A stretch of 64,000 nucleotides of DNA from a virus (IMGVR_UViG_3300035188_001379:96001-160000), one strand, 5' to 3'; numbered from the stretch's first letter, positions 1-10,066 are shown. Numbers and translations: made by a program. Notes: generated by a model not told the origin, from the letters alone.

Positions 1-1008
1 GCACCCATCGAAGGAGCAGATCGAATCGAACGTGCTACTGTGCTTGGTTGGCACGTAGTTGTGAAAAAAGGTGAGCACAAAGTGGGAGATCTTGTGGTAA
101 TGATCTTCCCTGATTCGTACGCATACAAAAGCTATGTAGATGCAACATACATAGGCAGTCAAGAAAAGACAAGAATCAGAACAGTCAAAATGCGCGGACA
201 ATATAGCGCAGGGCTAGTCTTGCCTCTTGCCGAAGTCTATGCTGCAGCAGAACGAAAAGGTCTTCCTTCAAGAGTTTGGGAAGAAGACGAGGAGGTGAGT
301 GTGCTCCTTGACATCGAGAAGTGGGTAGCTCCTGTAGGCATGAGTACAGGAGGAAAAGAAATTGGAGATTTTCCTACACGCTACATTAACAGAACAGACG
401 AGCTCAATTTCAGAAGCGAGCCTGGAGCCCTGCTTGAGGCAAGAACAGACCCTAGATTCAAGAATGTGGAGTTTGTGGCTACGCTCAAATGTGACGGCAC
501 CAGCGCCACCTATATCAGTGTGCCTGGCTACTTCCATGTATGTGGCAGGAATAAAGAGTATGCTGATGTAGACGGCAGCATGCACTGGGAGATAGCCAAA
601 AAGTACAAGCTTGAAGGTAACCTAGAAGAAAACTACGCAATTCAAGGAGAGATCTGCGGCCCTGGGGTGCAAGGCAATCCAATGAAGCTAGACTCTCGAG
701 ACTTGTTTGTTTTCAGAGTTAAAAATCTTGCTACTCACGAGTGGCTTGGTTGGGATGATCTTAAACTATTCTGTGCTCAGCACTATCTCAAACATGTGCC
801 TGAAATTACCAGATTCGTGTTTTCGGCAAACGTACCTAGCATTGAAGATTTGCAAGACATTGCCAATGATGCCAAGTACGACCATGGGCGAGCAAACGCT
901 GAGGGAGTTGTAATTTTCCCTGTAGTACCGATCAAAAGCCTCAGCCTGCAGAAAAGCTACTGGAGCCTTAAAGTAATGAACCAACCTTACGACATGAAGA
1001 AAGGTTAA
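1..1008 (+). CDS. RNA ligase, DRB0094/Rnl2-like family (5' end outside window)
   Basis: Frame is open from base 1 (APIEGADRIERATVLGW, typical DRB0094-family N-terminus); adenylation motif KCDGTS, plus QGEICGPGVQGN, EGVV and C-terminal SLKV. Confidence 0.85.
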   Translation, partial: APIEGADRIERATVLGWHVVVKKGEHKVGDLVVMIFPDSYAYKSYVDATYIGSQEKTRIRTVKMRGQYSAGLVLPLAEVYAAAERKGLPSRVWEEDEEVSVLLDIEKWVAPVGMSTGGKEIGDFPTRYINRTDELNFRSEPGALLEARTDPRFKNVEFVATLKCDGTSATYISVPGYFHVCGRNKEYADVDGSMHWEIAKKYKLEGNLEENYAIQGEICGPGVQGNPMKLDSRDLFVFRVKNLATHEWLGWDDLKLFCAQHYLKHVPEITRFVFSANVPSIEDLQDIANDAKYDHGRANAEGVVIFPVVPIKSLSLQKSYWSLKVMNQPYDMKKG

Positions 1009-1009
1009 T

Positions 1010-1678
1010 ATGAGTGACCATACAAACAAAGTAGAATGGATCGGGCATTATGGCGGCGATCTCACACACGGCTTGTCCGCGTGGACAAGCACATACAGAG
1101 ACCTAGATGAAGATAAGCTAAACAGGCTACCAAAAATGCTAGCCAGGTTGGCTGCAGATAAGCACGATACGCCGTTTGAAAAAAGTGTTCTTCATTTTCT
1201 CGTAGACACTGAGATCGCTTCACACATCCATCTTCTCAAGCATAGGATCGGTGTAAGTATTAATGCTGAATCGGCGAGATACAAGGAGCTCAATGAAGAT
1301 AAGTTTTATATCCCTCCTGACTTCTACGATGTTCCAATTTCTGAGGATAGTGGTTGGGGAGGTTATGATAATTGGGCAGAGCTACTGATTGATCACTCAA
1401 AGCAGAGTAACCGACTGTATCACGCCTGCCTAAAAGATGCTGAGAAAGTTCTTGGTCGTAAGCGGGCCAAGGAGAGTGCCAGGTTCTTTAAGATGTACAA
1501 CAGTCAGATAGCTTCTGATGTTATGTTTAATTGGAGAAGCTTTGCGCATTTCCTGTATTTACGTAGATCAGAACACGCACAGAAAGAAATCTGCGAAGTA
1601 GCAGACAGGATGCTCACAATGGTCAAAGAGCTTCCTTCCAACCCATTCAACCACACACTAGAAGCATTTGGATTATGA
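1010..1678 (+). CDS. thyX: FAD-dependent thymidylate synthase
   Basis: H-x-TPFE, KHRIGVSINAESARY (ThyX RHR...S-x-RY signature variant), NWRSFAHFLYLR..HAQ.EI. Confidence 0.93.
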   Translation: MSDHTNKVEWIGHYGGDLTHGLSAWTSTYRDLDEDKLNRLPKMLARLAADKHDTPFEKSVLHFLVDTEIASHIHLLKHRIGVSINAESARYKELNEDKFYIPPDFYDVPISEDSGWGGYDNWAELLIDHSKQSNRLYHACLKDAEKVLGRKRAKESARFFKMYNSQIASDVMFNWRSFAHFLYLRRSEHAQKEICEVADRMLTMVKELPSNPFNHTLEAFGL

Positions 1679-1884
1679 CTATCACAAGAAAATCACAATA
1701 TTCAGGAATTATAAGGTCTGTAGAGATGGATATTACTGCAGAACAAGTCGAAGCATACAACAACGGCGCACTACTTCAGAACGCCTTTCCTGGTCTCTCA
1801 GCAGCAGATAGAGAATTCTTTAAGTCAGGAATTACTGACGAAGAGTGGCAGGAAATGTTTGGCCCCGAAGAAGACGATGAATAG
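1675..1884 (+). CDS. conserved small phage protein
   Basis: ATGA overlap with thyX; LLQNAFPGLSAADREFFKSGI resembles a common phage family. Confidence 0.7.
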   Translation: MTITRKSQYSGIIRSVEMDITAEQVEAYNNGALLQNAFPGLSAADREFFKSGITDEEWQEMFGPEEDDE

Positions 1885-2488
1885 CGAACTACAAGACAAG
1901 CTGTTTGCCGATTTTCCTGAAGTTTTACAAGAACACAAGCTCAGCATATATGAAAGCTGTATGAGCTGGGGGTTCGAATGTGGCGACGGCTGGGAGCCTG
2001 TTATACGCCAGATGTGCAAGCTATTGTCTCGTAAAGTATGCACGACAGTTAAAAAGAAGCAGCTGTTTCCTTATCAAGATGAGCTAGAGGTATGGCTACA
2101 TAACAAGTGTAGAAAGATTGAGAGATTATTTAAAATGCCACATAATACACTATATGTGGCTAAGTTCGAGCGCTATGTCCGTTTCCCTGGTTATTCTGTA
2201 AGGCTTACCCAGGTTAAAGAAAAGTTTGGTACATTACGTGTATATCACGATATACATCCAAATTTTACAAAAGACGAAGTAAAGCATATTTCTGAAAGAG
2301 AGCTTATGAGAGCTCAAGAAAACTATGCTGGCTATGTGGACGGGGTGATTAGCTTTGCTGAGCAAGCAAGTGCTACCATCTGCGAGATACATGGGAAGCC
2401 TGGTAAGCTAACCACCAGAGGCTGGTGGCATGTGGCCTGCGAAGAGTGCGAGAGCAACAAAAAAAATGAAAATACTAGTAATTCCTGA
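1877..2488 (+). CDS. conserved phage hypothetical protein
   Basis: ECGDGW ... QVKEKFGTLRVY ... CEIHGKPG motifs of a widespread phage family; start placed at the ATG overlapping the upstream stop. Confidence 0.75.
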   Translation: MNSELQDKLFADFPEVLQEHKLSIYESCMSWGFECGDGWEPVIRQMCKLLSRKVCTTVKKKQLFPYQDELEVWLHNKCRKIERLFKMPHNTLYVAKFERYVRFPGYSVRLTQVKEKFGTLRVYHDIHPNFTKDEVKHISERELMRAQENYAGYVDGVISFAEQASATICEIHGKPGKLTTRGWWHVACEECESNKKNENTSNS

Positions 2489-3278
2489 CGTTCATCAAAA
2501 GCTCGAAAAGTTATCAATAATTCTAGAAAACAACACGTTTGATACGCTCATATCGCTTGGAGACTGGTTTGACGATTTCTATGATTCTCCAATGCATGCT
2601 GAAAATACAGCAAACTATATTCTCAAGCTGTATAGTAAATACGGAGAAAACTTCATATGGCTGCTAGGTAACCATGATGTGCCCTACCTATTCCCTGCTA
2701 CATACGATCGACGCGCATGCAGCGGCAACACAAGAGATAAGCTCAAGGTTATCAATAAAGTGTTTCAAGGAAGCAGCCCATTAGGATTTAGACCTAAACT
2801 AGCTCACGTAGTCGAAATAGATGAATGCTTGCCTATAGTATTGAGCCATGCAGGAGTCAGTGAGCATCATTTTGGGCATCCTCTAGAAAAAGATATATCT
2901 GCTGCAAGCGTGCTATCAAGATGCCTTATAGCCGAGACATTCCTGGCTCTAGGTCTAGATGATCCTATACTTGGCGCAGGAATGGCTAGGGGCGGACGTG
3001 AACCCGTCGGAGGCATAAACTGGCTTGATTGGAATCATGAGTATGCTCCTGTAGAGGGCTTGAGTCAGATTGTGGGGCATACTCCTCTGCACGCTCCTAT
3101 GGTTATTGATGAATGTAGAGCATCTATCACTCCCGACGATAAGATGCCTGCTATTGATAGATATCGTTTGAAGCCGGGGAAGTCATACAATGTAAATATA
3201 GACACGCATCTAGAAAACTACATCACAATAGAAAACAACGAAATCCTAATACACAAAACAGCCTGCCTTATATCCTAA
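2466..3278 (+). CDS. calcineurin-like metallophosphoesterase
   Basis: DVH, LGDWFD, LGNHD, SHAG, GHT motifs. Confidence 0.9.
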   Translation: MKILVIPDVHQKLEKLSIILENNTFDTLISLGDWFDDFYDSPMHAENTANYILKLYSKYGENFIWLLGNHDVPYLFPATYDRRACSGNTRDKLKVINKVFQGSSPLGFRPKLAHVVEIDECLPIVLSHAGVSEHHFGHPLEKDISAASVLSRCLIAETFLALGLDDPILGAGMARGGREPVGGINWLDWNHEYAPVEGLSQIVGHTPLHAPMVIDECRASITPDDKMPAIDRYRLKPGKSYNVNIDTHLENYITIENNEILIHKTACLIS

Positions 3279-3279
3279 T

Positions 3280-3717
3280 ATGGTCAGATTCTATTTTTCA
3301 GACAAAGGGGTGACTCGTAAAATGGGCTGCCCTAACTTGTGGCCTGTGCACGATCGCCAGTTTAACCGTGTACCAAGGTCACTATTTGAAACTCCTGGTC
3401 TTGTGGTGCATATCGAACCAAAGATATGTCAAAGTGGTCCAATGGCGAGAATAACTGTATTTGACACAGCTCGAGTACAATTCAAGCCTGTTTGGGCGGA
3501 CCATTCGCAAGAGCGTCTATTCGGGGGATGCGTAATGAGTGCCGAATACTACAATAGCGGCCACACCACGATTAGATCGAATATATTGGATCATGCCTCA
3601 ACCAGTAGAACACCAGAAGACTTTGAGCATGATTGGCAGGTTAGAGAAGCCTGCATACCTGTAATCAGACAAGCAATTGAACTACACCTAACCTACTTCC
3701 CTAAATTAATCTTATGA
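3280..3717 (+). CDS. hypothetical protein
   Basis: 145-aa ORF packed between neighbours. Confidence 0.65.
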   Translation: MVRFYFSDKGVTRKMGCPNLWPVHDRQFNRVPRSLFETPGLVVHIEPKICQSGPMARITVFDTARVQFKPVWADHSQERLFGGCVMSAEYYNSGHTTIRSNILDHASTSRTPEDFEHDWQVREACIPVIRQAIELHLTYFPKLIL

Positions 3718-4841
3718 GCCTACCTAAACTATTTAAAAAAACTGCAACAGGAGCTACCCAAGAGTGGCAAATCTTCTTCGAAAACGGAGAGTACTACACT
3801 GTGAGTGGTCAAACAGATGGTAAAAAGATTACTAACACACCTACGAAATGTAAGGGCAAAAACATCGGTAAGAAGAATGAGACTACTGCTGACCAGCAAG
3901 CAGAGCTCGAGTCCCGAGCCAAATGGCAAAAGAAAGTTGACGAAGGTTATGTCGAGGATGTGGCTGCTCTTAACGCTGGTAACTCTCTTAGGCTGGATCC
4001 TATGCTTGCAAAAGATTATGCTGACTATGAAGACAAGCTAGAGTTCCCTGTATACAGCCAGCCTAAACTTGACGGGCTGCGCTGTATTGTTACGAGAGAA
4101 GGCGTGTTCAGCAGACAATGGAAACCCTTTGCTACATTGCAGCATATTAGAGAGGCAGTGCAACCGTTGTTTGACAGCTACCCTGACTTGCTTGCCTTTG
4201 ACGGTGAGATGTACTCGCACGAGCTCAAAGATAAGTTTGAGGAAATTGTGAGCATTGTTAAGCAGCCAAAAGCAAGCCCTGCAGACATTGAGAAGTGTAA
4301 AAAATCTGTACAGTATCATGTGTACGATATAATCACAAAAGGAAATGATCCGTTCATGCGGAGACGCTCGGATTATAATCTTCTTGTACGTGCAGCTAAT
4401 AGTCCATATATCACCGCAGTAACTACGCTTTGTGCAGACGATCAAAAAGATTTAGACAAGCATTACCATTCGTATATGTCTGAAGGCTACGAGGGGCAGA
4501 TGATTCGCTCCTGGAATAGCCTGTATCAGCACAAACGCACGAAAGACCTCCTCAAGAGGAAGGACTTTCACGAAGGCGAATACGAGATCATGGGATTCAA
4601 AGAAGGTAAAGGTAGTCGTGAAGGCTGCATTATCCTACGCCTAGGTATGCCTGACGGCAAAGAGTTTGACTCTGTGCCTGTGGGCGGTATCGAGTATCAG
4701 AGAAGACTATGGACTCGCCGAGAAGATATTCTGGGTATGCAGGCAACTGTAAAATATCAGAATCTCAGCAGTGACGGAATCCCTAGGTTCAACAATACGA
4801 TAAAGATCAGAACAAGAAACCTTGAAGAAGTACTTATTTAA
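3714..4841 (+). CDS. lig: ATP-dependent DNA ligase
   Basis: QPKLDGLRC (motif I), FDGEMY, YHVYDI, YEGQMIR, LLKRK, OB-fold TVKYQ...GIPRF. Confidence 0.95.
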   Translation: MSLPKLFKKTATGATQEWQIFFENGEYYTVSGQTDGKKITNTPTKCKGKNIGKKNETTADQQAELESRAKWQKKVDEGYVEDVAALNAGNSLRLDPMLAKDYADYEDKLEFPVYSQPKLDGLRCIVTREGVFSRQWKPFATLQHIREAVQPLFDSYPDLLAFDGEMYSHELKDKFEEIVSIVKQPKASPADIEKCKKSVQYHVYDIITKGNDPFMRRRSDYNLLVRAANSPYITAVTTLCADDQKDLDKHYHSYMSEGYEGQMIRSWNSLYQHKRTKDLLKRKDFHEGEYEIMGFKEGKGSREGCIILRLGMPDGKEFDSVPVGGIEYQRRLWTRREDILGMQATVKYQNLSSDGIPRFNNTIKIRTRNLEEVLI

Positions 4842-4844
4842 ACT

Positions 4845-5051
4845 ATGGAAAAAGAATATTTTGTCCGCAGACTGACAGAGAAAGGGAAGCTCAAGACACC
4901 AAGATATAAAAGCGGAGAGCCTGTAGCTCCTTGGAGAACGTTTCAAACAGAAAAAGAAGCGTTTGATTTCATTAAAGAATACGAGATAGATAATGTGATT
5001 GTTTTTTCAAAAATTAGACAACTGCAGGTAAGCTCACAGCAAACAAACTAG
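4845..5051 (+). CDS. hypothetical protein
   Basis: Fits the operon spacing. Confidence 0.6.
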   Translation: MEKEYFVRRLTEKGKLKTPRYKSGEPVAPWRTFQTEKEAFDFIKEYEIDNVIVFSKIRQLQVSSQQTN

Positions 5052-5055
5052 CCTT

Positions 5056-5391
5056 ATGCTTTACCGTAAAAAGCCTGTTGTAGTCGAGGCACATCAGTGG
5101 TTCAAGAACGGGGACCATCCAGAAGATCAGTCTACTTTGATACTGCCTCCTAATTGTCAAATCCCTCACTTGAGTGAGGGTAAAGTAGTGAGGTATTTCA
5201 GAGATCCAAATATAGATGGACATTATGAATGCTCTCACTGTGGTAAATTGGTTCATCACCATGGCTGGATAGATACCCTCGAAGCAGGGCATCGTGTCTG
5301 CCCTGGAGACTATATCATCACCGGAGTCAAAGGTGAGCGATATCCTTGTAAGCCTGATATCTTTGAAGAGACCTACGAAAAAGCAGAATAA
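5056..5391 (+). CDS. PGDYG-like phage protein
   Basis: YRKKPVVVEA...IDTLEAGHRVCPGDYII.GVKGE.YPCKPDIFE.TYE, a widespread phage family. Confidence 0.8.
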   Translation: MLYRKKPVVVEAHQWFKNGDHPEDQSTLILPPNCQIPHLSEGKVVRYFRDPNIDGHYECSHCGKLVHHHGWIDTLEAGHRVCPGDYIITGVKGERYPCKPDIFEETYEKAE

Positions 5392-5402
5392 TACAAAAAA
5401 AA

Positions 5403-6191
5403 ATGAACAAGCAAGAAATTCAAAAAAATATTGAAAACGTCCTCGATTATTGGACCAGGACGTTGCCTCCTACTTTGGCGGCTGTAGTTAAAAGAAATGT
5501 GATTGTTAGTGGAGGCTGTATCGCCTCTATGCTCTTGAAGGAACCTGTAAAAGATTATGATCTTTATTTTAAAGATGTTCACACGGCTCTTGAGCTTGCG
5601 AAATACTATACTAGTAAATTAGGAGTTAATACCGCCTGCGTCATAGATGGTAAGGTAGTTTTAAATGAGGCTGTAGTAAGTATGGGTAGGCATATGCCCA
5701 TATCTAGCCAGGCATTTTCTCCAGTATATCTTTCTCGCAATGCGATCACACTGTCTGGAGGTATACAGCTTATTCTTCGCTTCTGTGGAAGTGTGGAAAA
5801 AATACTAGAAACCTTCGATTTTGCTCACACCAAAAGCTATTTTACTTTTGATACAGGCTTGCGGCTTGATCAAGAGGGGCTCGAAAGTTTGCTAAGCAAA
5901 GAGCTTGTCTATGTAGGTAGCGGCTTCCCTGTGTGTGCGCTTTTTAGAGCTCACAAGTTTATGCGGCGTAAGTGGAAATTGCGCCCTTCTGAGCTCATGA
6001 AAATTGTATATGACATTGCGCAGCTAGACGTGACTGACCCTCTTGTAATCAAAGAGCAGCTGGGAGGATATTATGGTCAGAGCATTGCTAAGCAGATGAA
6101 CATCCCAGGCAAACTCAATCGAGAAGTGTTCTTTGCTATTGCTGAGGGCTATGCTCCAAAGAATCCTGAGAGCGTAGGTAACTACATGTAG
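5403..6191 (+). CDS. Pol-beta-superfamily nucleotidyltransferase-like protein
   Basis: SGGCIASML...KDYDLYF (GG + DxD), later FDF and R..KF. Confidence 0.65.
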   Translation: MNKQEIQKNIENVLDYWTRTLPPTLAAVVKRNVIVSGGCIASMLLKEPVKDYDLYFKDVHTALELAKYYTSKLGVNTACVIDGKVVLNEAVVSMGRHMPISSQAFSPVYLSRNAITLSGGIQLILRFCGSVEKILETFDFAHTKSYFTFDTGLRLDQEGLESLLSKELVYVGSGFPVCALFRAHKFMRRKWKLRPSELMKIVYDIAQLDVTDPLVIKEQLGGYYGQSIAKQMNIPGKLNREVFFAIAEGYAPKNPESVGNYM

Positions 6192-6192
6192 T

Positions 6193-6435
6193 ATGATAGA
6201 GTGGCCGAAGGTGGGAAGCAGGGTAACGTTCAAACGCGTTACCCTGCATTGGTATAACGACATAGTGCAAAATGCTCGGGAGTTACTAGAACCTGAAAAA
6301 GAGTATACGCTTTCTAAGGTTACACCTTACAGTAGCTGGTGTGCTGTAGAGCTAGAAGAGCTCCCAGGTAAAAAATTCTCTCTAGGGTTTTTCGATTATC
6401 CTAGAGAGGTAGACTTGAAAAATAAAAATGACTGA
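6193..6435 (+). CDS. hypothetical protein
   Basis: ORF track; operon packing. Confidence 0.6.
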   Translation: MIEWPKVGSRVTFKRVTLHWYNDIVQNARELLEPEKEYTLSKVTPYSSWCAVELEELPGKKFSLGFFDYPREVDLKNKND

Positions 6436-6814
6436 AGAAGAAATTAACGAAACAATCGCCGAACATTGCGGGAAGAAAATAATTTCTCTTCCTTTTATTC
6501 CAAAAAAAATAACGGTAGATGATAATACTGTTTTTACAAGAGCAGCACAACAGCAATGGTATTCAGTTTATCCTACAGGAGCCACAGTCGATAGGGTGCC
6601 TAATTATTGCAAAGATTTAAACGCAATGCACGAGGCTGAAAAGACGCTAGATTACGAGCAGGCTGATGACTTTTGGGACTGCTTGTGTGATGCAACTGCC
6701 GAAGAAAACGATGTGCAAGCAAATCCGTTCCCGTGGAGGTTTGCGCGCACACATGCAACAGCCCGCCAACGCGCAGAGGCATTTTTGAGGACGTTGGATA
6801 AATGGGAGAAGTAA
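6428..6814 (+). CDS. conserved phage hypothetical protein
   Basis: PNYCKDLNAMHEAEKTL...ATARQRAEAFL is a common phage motif. Confidence 0.7.
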   Translation: MTEEEINETIAEHCGKKIISLPFIPKKITVDDNTVFTRAAQQQWYSVYPTGATVDRVPNYCKDLNAMHEAEKTLDYEQADDFWDCLCDATAEENDVQANPFPWRFARTHATARQRAEAFLRTLDKWEK

Positions 6815-6816
6815 AT

Positions 6817-7155
6817 ATGCGAACGCTTAAATTCAGAGTGTACATCCCAGAGCATGGAAAATTCACTTATTTTGGAATAAACGGGTTTGACCACTCGGAC
6901 CGCTATCTAGATCAAACGGGTTATCCGGTACAGCAATTCATAGAGCTATACGACGTACACGGTAAAGAAATATATGAAGGGGATATCCTAAAGAGAAAAG
7001 GAAATTACTACATCTATGTTGTGGTATATTCACCAGAGTACTCCTGCTATCAGCTAAAGGACCTCGACGGAGACTATGTAAGTGTGGCCTACCATAAAGA
7101 TAAGCTCGAAGTGATCGGTAACATTTGCGAGCATCCAGAAATACTAAAGGTTTAA
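6817..7155 (+). CDS. YopX family protein
   Basis: LKFRVY...QQF...DVHGKEIYEGDIL...EVIGNI.E.PE. Confidence 0.85.
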   Translation: MRTLKFRVYIPEHGKFTYFGINGFDHSDRYLDQTGYPVQQFIELYDVHGKEIYEGDILKRKGNYYIYVVVYSPEYSCYQLKDLDGDYVSVAYHKDKLEVIGNICEHPEILKV

Positions 7156-7156
7156 A

Positions 7157-7399
7157 ATGAAATCAAAGAAGCCCACGCTGGAAGAAAAAGTTCAGATGTA
7201 TGAAAGCTTCCTGCATAGTTTGAACATGTATATGCTCTGTGGTAGTAATTACGCAATAAGTATGTTGCTACAAAACGCAGACGCTTGGAGCTATGCTCAT
7301 CGTTGTGGAGACGGTGAGCTCTCTGAGCAAGAGATTGAGAAAAACGTAAACAAAAAATTCTGGAAGCTTCTCGATATCCCAGACACAAAAAACAAATAA
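7157..7399 (+). CDS. hypothetical protein
   Basis: ORF track; operon packing. Confidence 0.6.
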   Translation: MKSKKPTLEEKVQMYESFLHSLNMYMLCGSNYAISMLLQNADAWSYAHRCGDGELSEQEIEKNVNKKFWKLLDIPDTKNK

Positions 7400-7400
7400 T

Positions 7401-7607
7401 ATGTCCGACATCCTTGAACCTCTTTTTGCATCGTTTATCGGTGCCGTCGCAGGCCTGTTTTTGGGTTTACTGATACAGGCTGATAAGTGCAGAGAAATTC
7501 AGCGTGAAGCCATTGATGCGGGGGCGGCTCGTTACGATGTAGATCATAACGGCAAAAGTACCTTCGTATGGAACAATGGTATGCGCTCAACCTACCAACA
7601 ACACTAG
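7401..7607 (+). CDS. small membrane-anchored protein
   Basis: N-terminal hydrophobic helix; REAIDAGAARY. Confidence 0.6.
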   Translation: MSDILEPLFASFIGAVAGLFLGLLIQADKCREIQREAIDAGAARYDVDHNGKSTFVWNNGMRSTYQQH

Positions 7608-7612
7608 TAAAT

Positions 7613-7855
7613 ATGACAACATCTATAACAACAACTACAAAGCAAGAATGGTTCGTAGAAGTCGCTGAAGGACTAGACCGGAAGGAAGTCTGGTGTGACA
7701 CCTATTACGAAACAGAAGGTGAGGCTCTTCATGTGGCGAGAAAGCTTCAAAAAAACATCACTAACAACTATACGCTGATTACTGTAGTTGCCAGAGAGGT
7801 AACCACTACACTAAGAGAAGTCGAAGTGCTTGCTGTAACTCACGATGAAGAATGA
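7613..7855 (+). CDS. hypothetical protein
   Basis: Start reassigned to the ATG after the upstream stop. Confidence 0.55.
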   Translation: MTTSITTTTKQEWFVEVAEGLDRKEVWCDTYYETEGEALHVARKLQKNITNNYTLITVVAREVTTTLREVEVLAVTHDEE

Positions 7856-8060
7856 AGTAATCGAAAATACGATGATGGAAGCATCAAAGATATATGACGC
7901 TTTTGTCACTGCGGTCGCCCTTCCAGGCATATTCAATAAAGTCGCAATTCAGCTGGTGATTAACACATTGCAGCGAGACCTGGAAAAACATTACAGCGAG
8001 GACACGCCAGAGAAGGCGGTCATGGTTCAATACGTACAATATTTAGAAACTTTAAAATGA
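7845..8060 (+). CDS. hypothetical protein
   Basis: ORF track; overlaps neighbours. Confidence 0.55.
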   Translation: MKNEVIENTMMEASKIYDAFVTAVALPGIFNKVAIQLVINTLQRDLEKHYSEDTPEKAVMVQYVQYLETLK

Positions 8061-8455
8061 TCACACTAGCAACATTAGAAACTGCAACAGCTCAAGAACT
8101 CTTTGACCAGGTTGCAAAACACCTGATGACACAGAAAACTAGAAGTAATCTAGAGGATGGTGTATGCGCCTATCGTGGGAATGGAGGGTTAATGTGTGCT
8201 GCAGGGTGTCTCATTAGTGATGAAGAAGCAGAGCTGCTTAATCTCGCAAACGAGACCATTAATACTCTCCCCTGGAGCTGCTTGATAAGTAGAGGTATAG
8301 CTCCTGATAAGCATAGAAGTTTGATATCAGCGCTGCAGGCTATACACGACAGCGCGGACGAAAATCCGAAAGAAGCCTGGGCAGATGAACTCAGAGCATT
8401 AGCTGGGCGATTAGGTCTCAGCTATAAAGTCGTCGACGAAGCATATGCTTGTTGA
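8057..8455 (+). CDS. conserved phage protein (paralog of 12274..12654)
   Basis: TLETATAQELFDQVAKHLMTQ...CAYRG..GLMCAAGCLISDE. Confidence 0.75.
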   Translation: MITLATLETATAQELFDQVAKHLMTQKTRSNLEDGVCAYRGNGGLMCAAGCLISDEEAELLNLANETINTLPWSCLISRGIAPDKHRSLISALQAIHDSADENPKEAWADELRALAGRLGLSYKVVDEAYAC

Positions 8456-8774
8456 GGTTGTTCCGCTGCAGACTCATCTGCAAGAGAGGCTAGATGAGGC
8501 TATGCATGAAATCGTAGGATCTTTATGTATAGCCTATATAGGAAAAACAGTCAGCCGTAAAGACGACCCCAGTTACCGAATTGTGGTAGATGATGTGACC
8601 ATGGATGTGTACGTAGATAAGCTTCTGCATACCACGCAAAAGATCACTTTCTGGGAGAATGATAAAAAACAATCACAAAGGACTATTGTGGTAGGAGAAC
8701 TCGCAGACCTAGCAAACATCAACGACCATGGACGAGGAGAGAATCCCAAAGGAAGGACTAGAAATTCTAGCTAG
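8445..8774 (+). CDS. hypothetical protein
   Basis: ORF track. Confidence 0.55.
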   Translation: MLVEVVPLQTHLQERLDEAMHEIVGSLCIAYIGKTVSRKDDPSYRIVVDDVTMDVYVDKLLHTTQKITFWENDKKQSQRTIVVGELADLANINDHGRGENPKGRTRNSS

Positions 8775-8934
8775 CCTCAAAAGCTATCTAGAAGATCAAA
8801 AACAGATCAAAGAAGAGCTGGCACACATAAAGAGACCATTTAGTGTGCCAGATATCTGGCGACAGTATCTCAGTGGAGCCTATAACGCAGAGCTGCTACT
8901 GCAGCACTGTCTAGTACACCTACATATAAACTAA
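8728..8934 (+). CDS. hypothetical protein
   Basis: ORF track; TAATG coupling to the next gene. Confidence 0.55.
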   Translation: MDEERIPKEGLEILASLKSYLEDQKQIKEELAHIKRPFSVPDIWRQYLSGAYNAELLLQHCLVHLHIN

Positions 8935-9473
8935 TGAAAACAATAACACTAGAGGAAGCTTTCAGGCTTCTGCAAGATAAGACAGACGCAATAATCCTTG
9001 GTGATGGTACATTACTCTACCCAGCTTTAGCTGACTTAACAGGAGAGGACGAGAACCAGTTCATGTATTTGTCTTGGCAAGATGAGCTGGGAGGCGACTA
9101 TGCACTCAAGTTCTGCGAGGGAGATAATAGAGCCGTAACTGTGGTAGGCTCGAGCATGTTTCTTTATGATACAGACGCAGAAGAAGACGCAGACCATACA
9201 CAGATAAACCTACTAAGAACCGTGCAGCTTGAAGAAATCCTAGTTAAAGGTGCCCGCAAATCGGTCAAGATGAGTGACGAGTACAAGAAATGGTTGACAG
9301 AGGATGAAATTAAACCTGGGCAAGTGTGGAAAGCTTGCGATGGTAGCGGACACAAAGTGCAGGTAATTGCTTGTGAGAATAACTCTGTAGAATACTTCTG
9401 GAAAGAAAACAACAGAACAAAGAAGCACAGTAAGAGCGTATTCAGCTTCCAAGTGCGGTACTACCTAGAATAA
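8934..9473 (+). CDS. hypothetical protein (N-terminal domain paralogous to 14079..14384)
   Basis: MKTITLEEAFRLL...DENQFMYLSW...KFCEGDNRAV. Confidence 0.65.
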   Translation: MKTITLEEAFRLLQDKTDAIILGDGTLLYPALADLTGEDENQFMYLSWQDELGGDYALKFCEGDNRAVTVVGSSMFLYDTDAEEDADHTQINLLRTVQLEEILVKGARKSVKMSDEYKKWLTEDEIKPGQVWKACDGSGHKVQVIACENNSVEYFWKENNRTKKHSKSVFSFQVRYYLE

Positions 9474-9476
9474 CTT

Positions 9477-9662
9477 ATGAAAAAAACCAAAATTAATTTT
9501 ATTAGTCCAGATATAGTTGACGAAGACGGTAACACATACACTATAGCTATAGATGGAAGCGGTATAGATTGGCGCACCCCAGAGATCATGCGCGCGATAT
9601 ATCAAGACAAGAAACTTCTAAAAAAATACCTAGCGACCCAGCGAGCGAAAGCAAAGTTATGA
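9477..9662 (+). CDS. hypothetical protein
   Basis: ORF track; ATGA coupling. Confidence 0.5.
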   Translation: MKKTKINFISPDIVDEDGNTYTIAIDGSGIDWRTPEIMRAIYQDKKLLKKYLATQRAKAKL

Positions 9663-10066
9663 AATATTTTCCACCATCAAAATCAGGCTTTCATAGTTTA
9701 AGGATAAACTTCGTAGACGAAAACAATCTAGTGGTCGGATTTGATTTCGCGTCAAATTGCTGCGAAGATTTTGGCTGGCTCATCAGTGAAGAACTCGCGC
9801 CGCCAGCTGAGTGTGTGGCAGGGCTTGATGACACCGCCCCTGTGGATCATGTAAATAAAGAGTTAGAAGGTTGGGTATTTGACCCAAAATTCTATCTTGA
9901 TCTAGCTGAAGATAGAAAATACGAGCAAGAGCATTACGCTGTATTTAGAATGTTTAACAAAAACCAGAGCCGTTACCTACATCTGTACAACAAGCACAAC
10001 GGCTATTACAGTCATGGTTTTGAGTTCATGGACGGTGATAGAACTATCGAACAAGGGTCGCTATAA
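9659..10066 (+). CDS. conserved phage hypothetical protein
   Basis: NCCEDFGW...YLHLYNKHNGYYSHG; start set at the ATGA overlap. Confidence 0.65.
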   Translation: MKYFPPSKSGFHSLRINFVDENNLVVGFDFASNCCEDFGWLISEELAPPAECVAGLDDTAPVDHVNKELEGWVFDPKFYLDLAEDRKYEQEHYAVFRMFNKNQSRYLHLYNKHNGYYSHGFEFMDGDRTIEQGSL

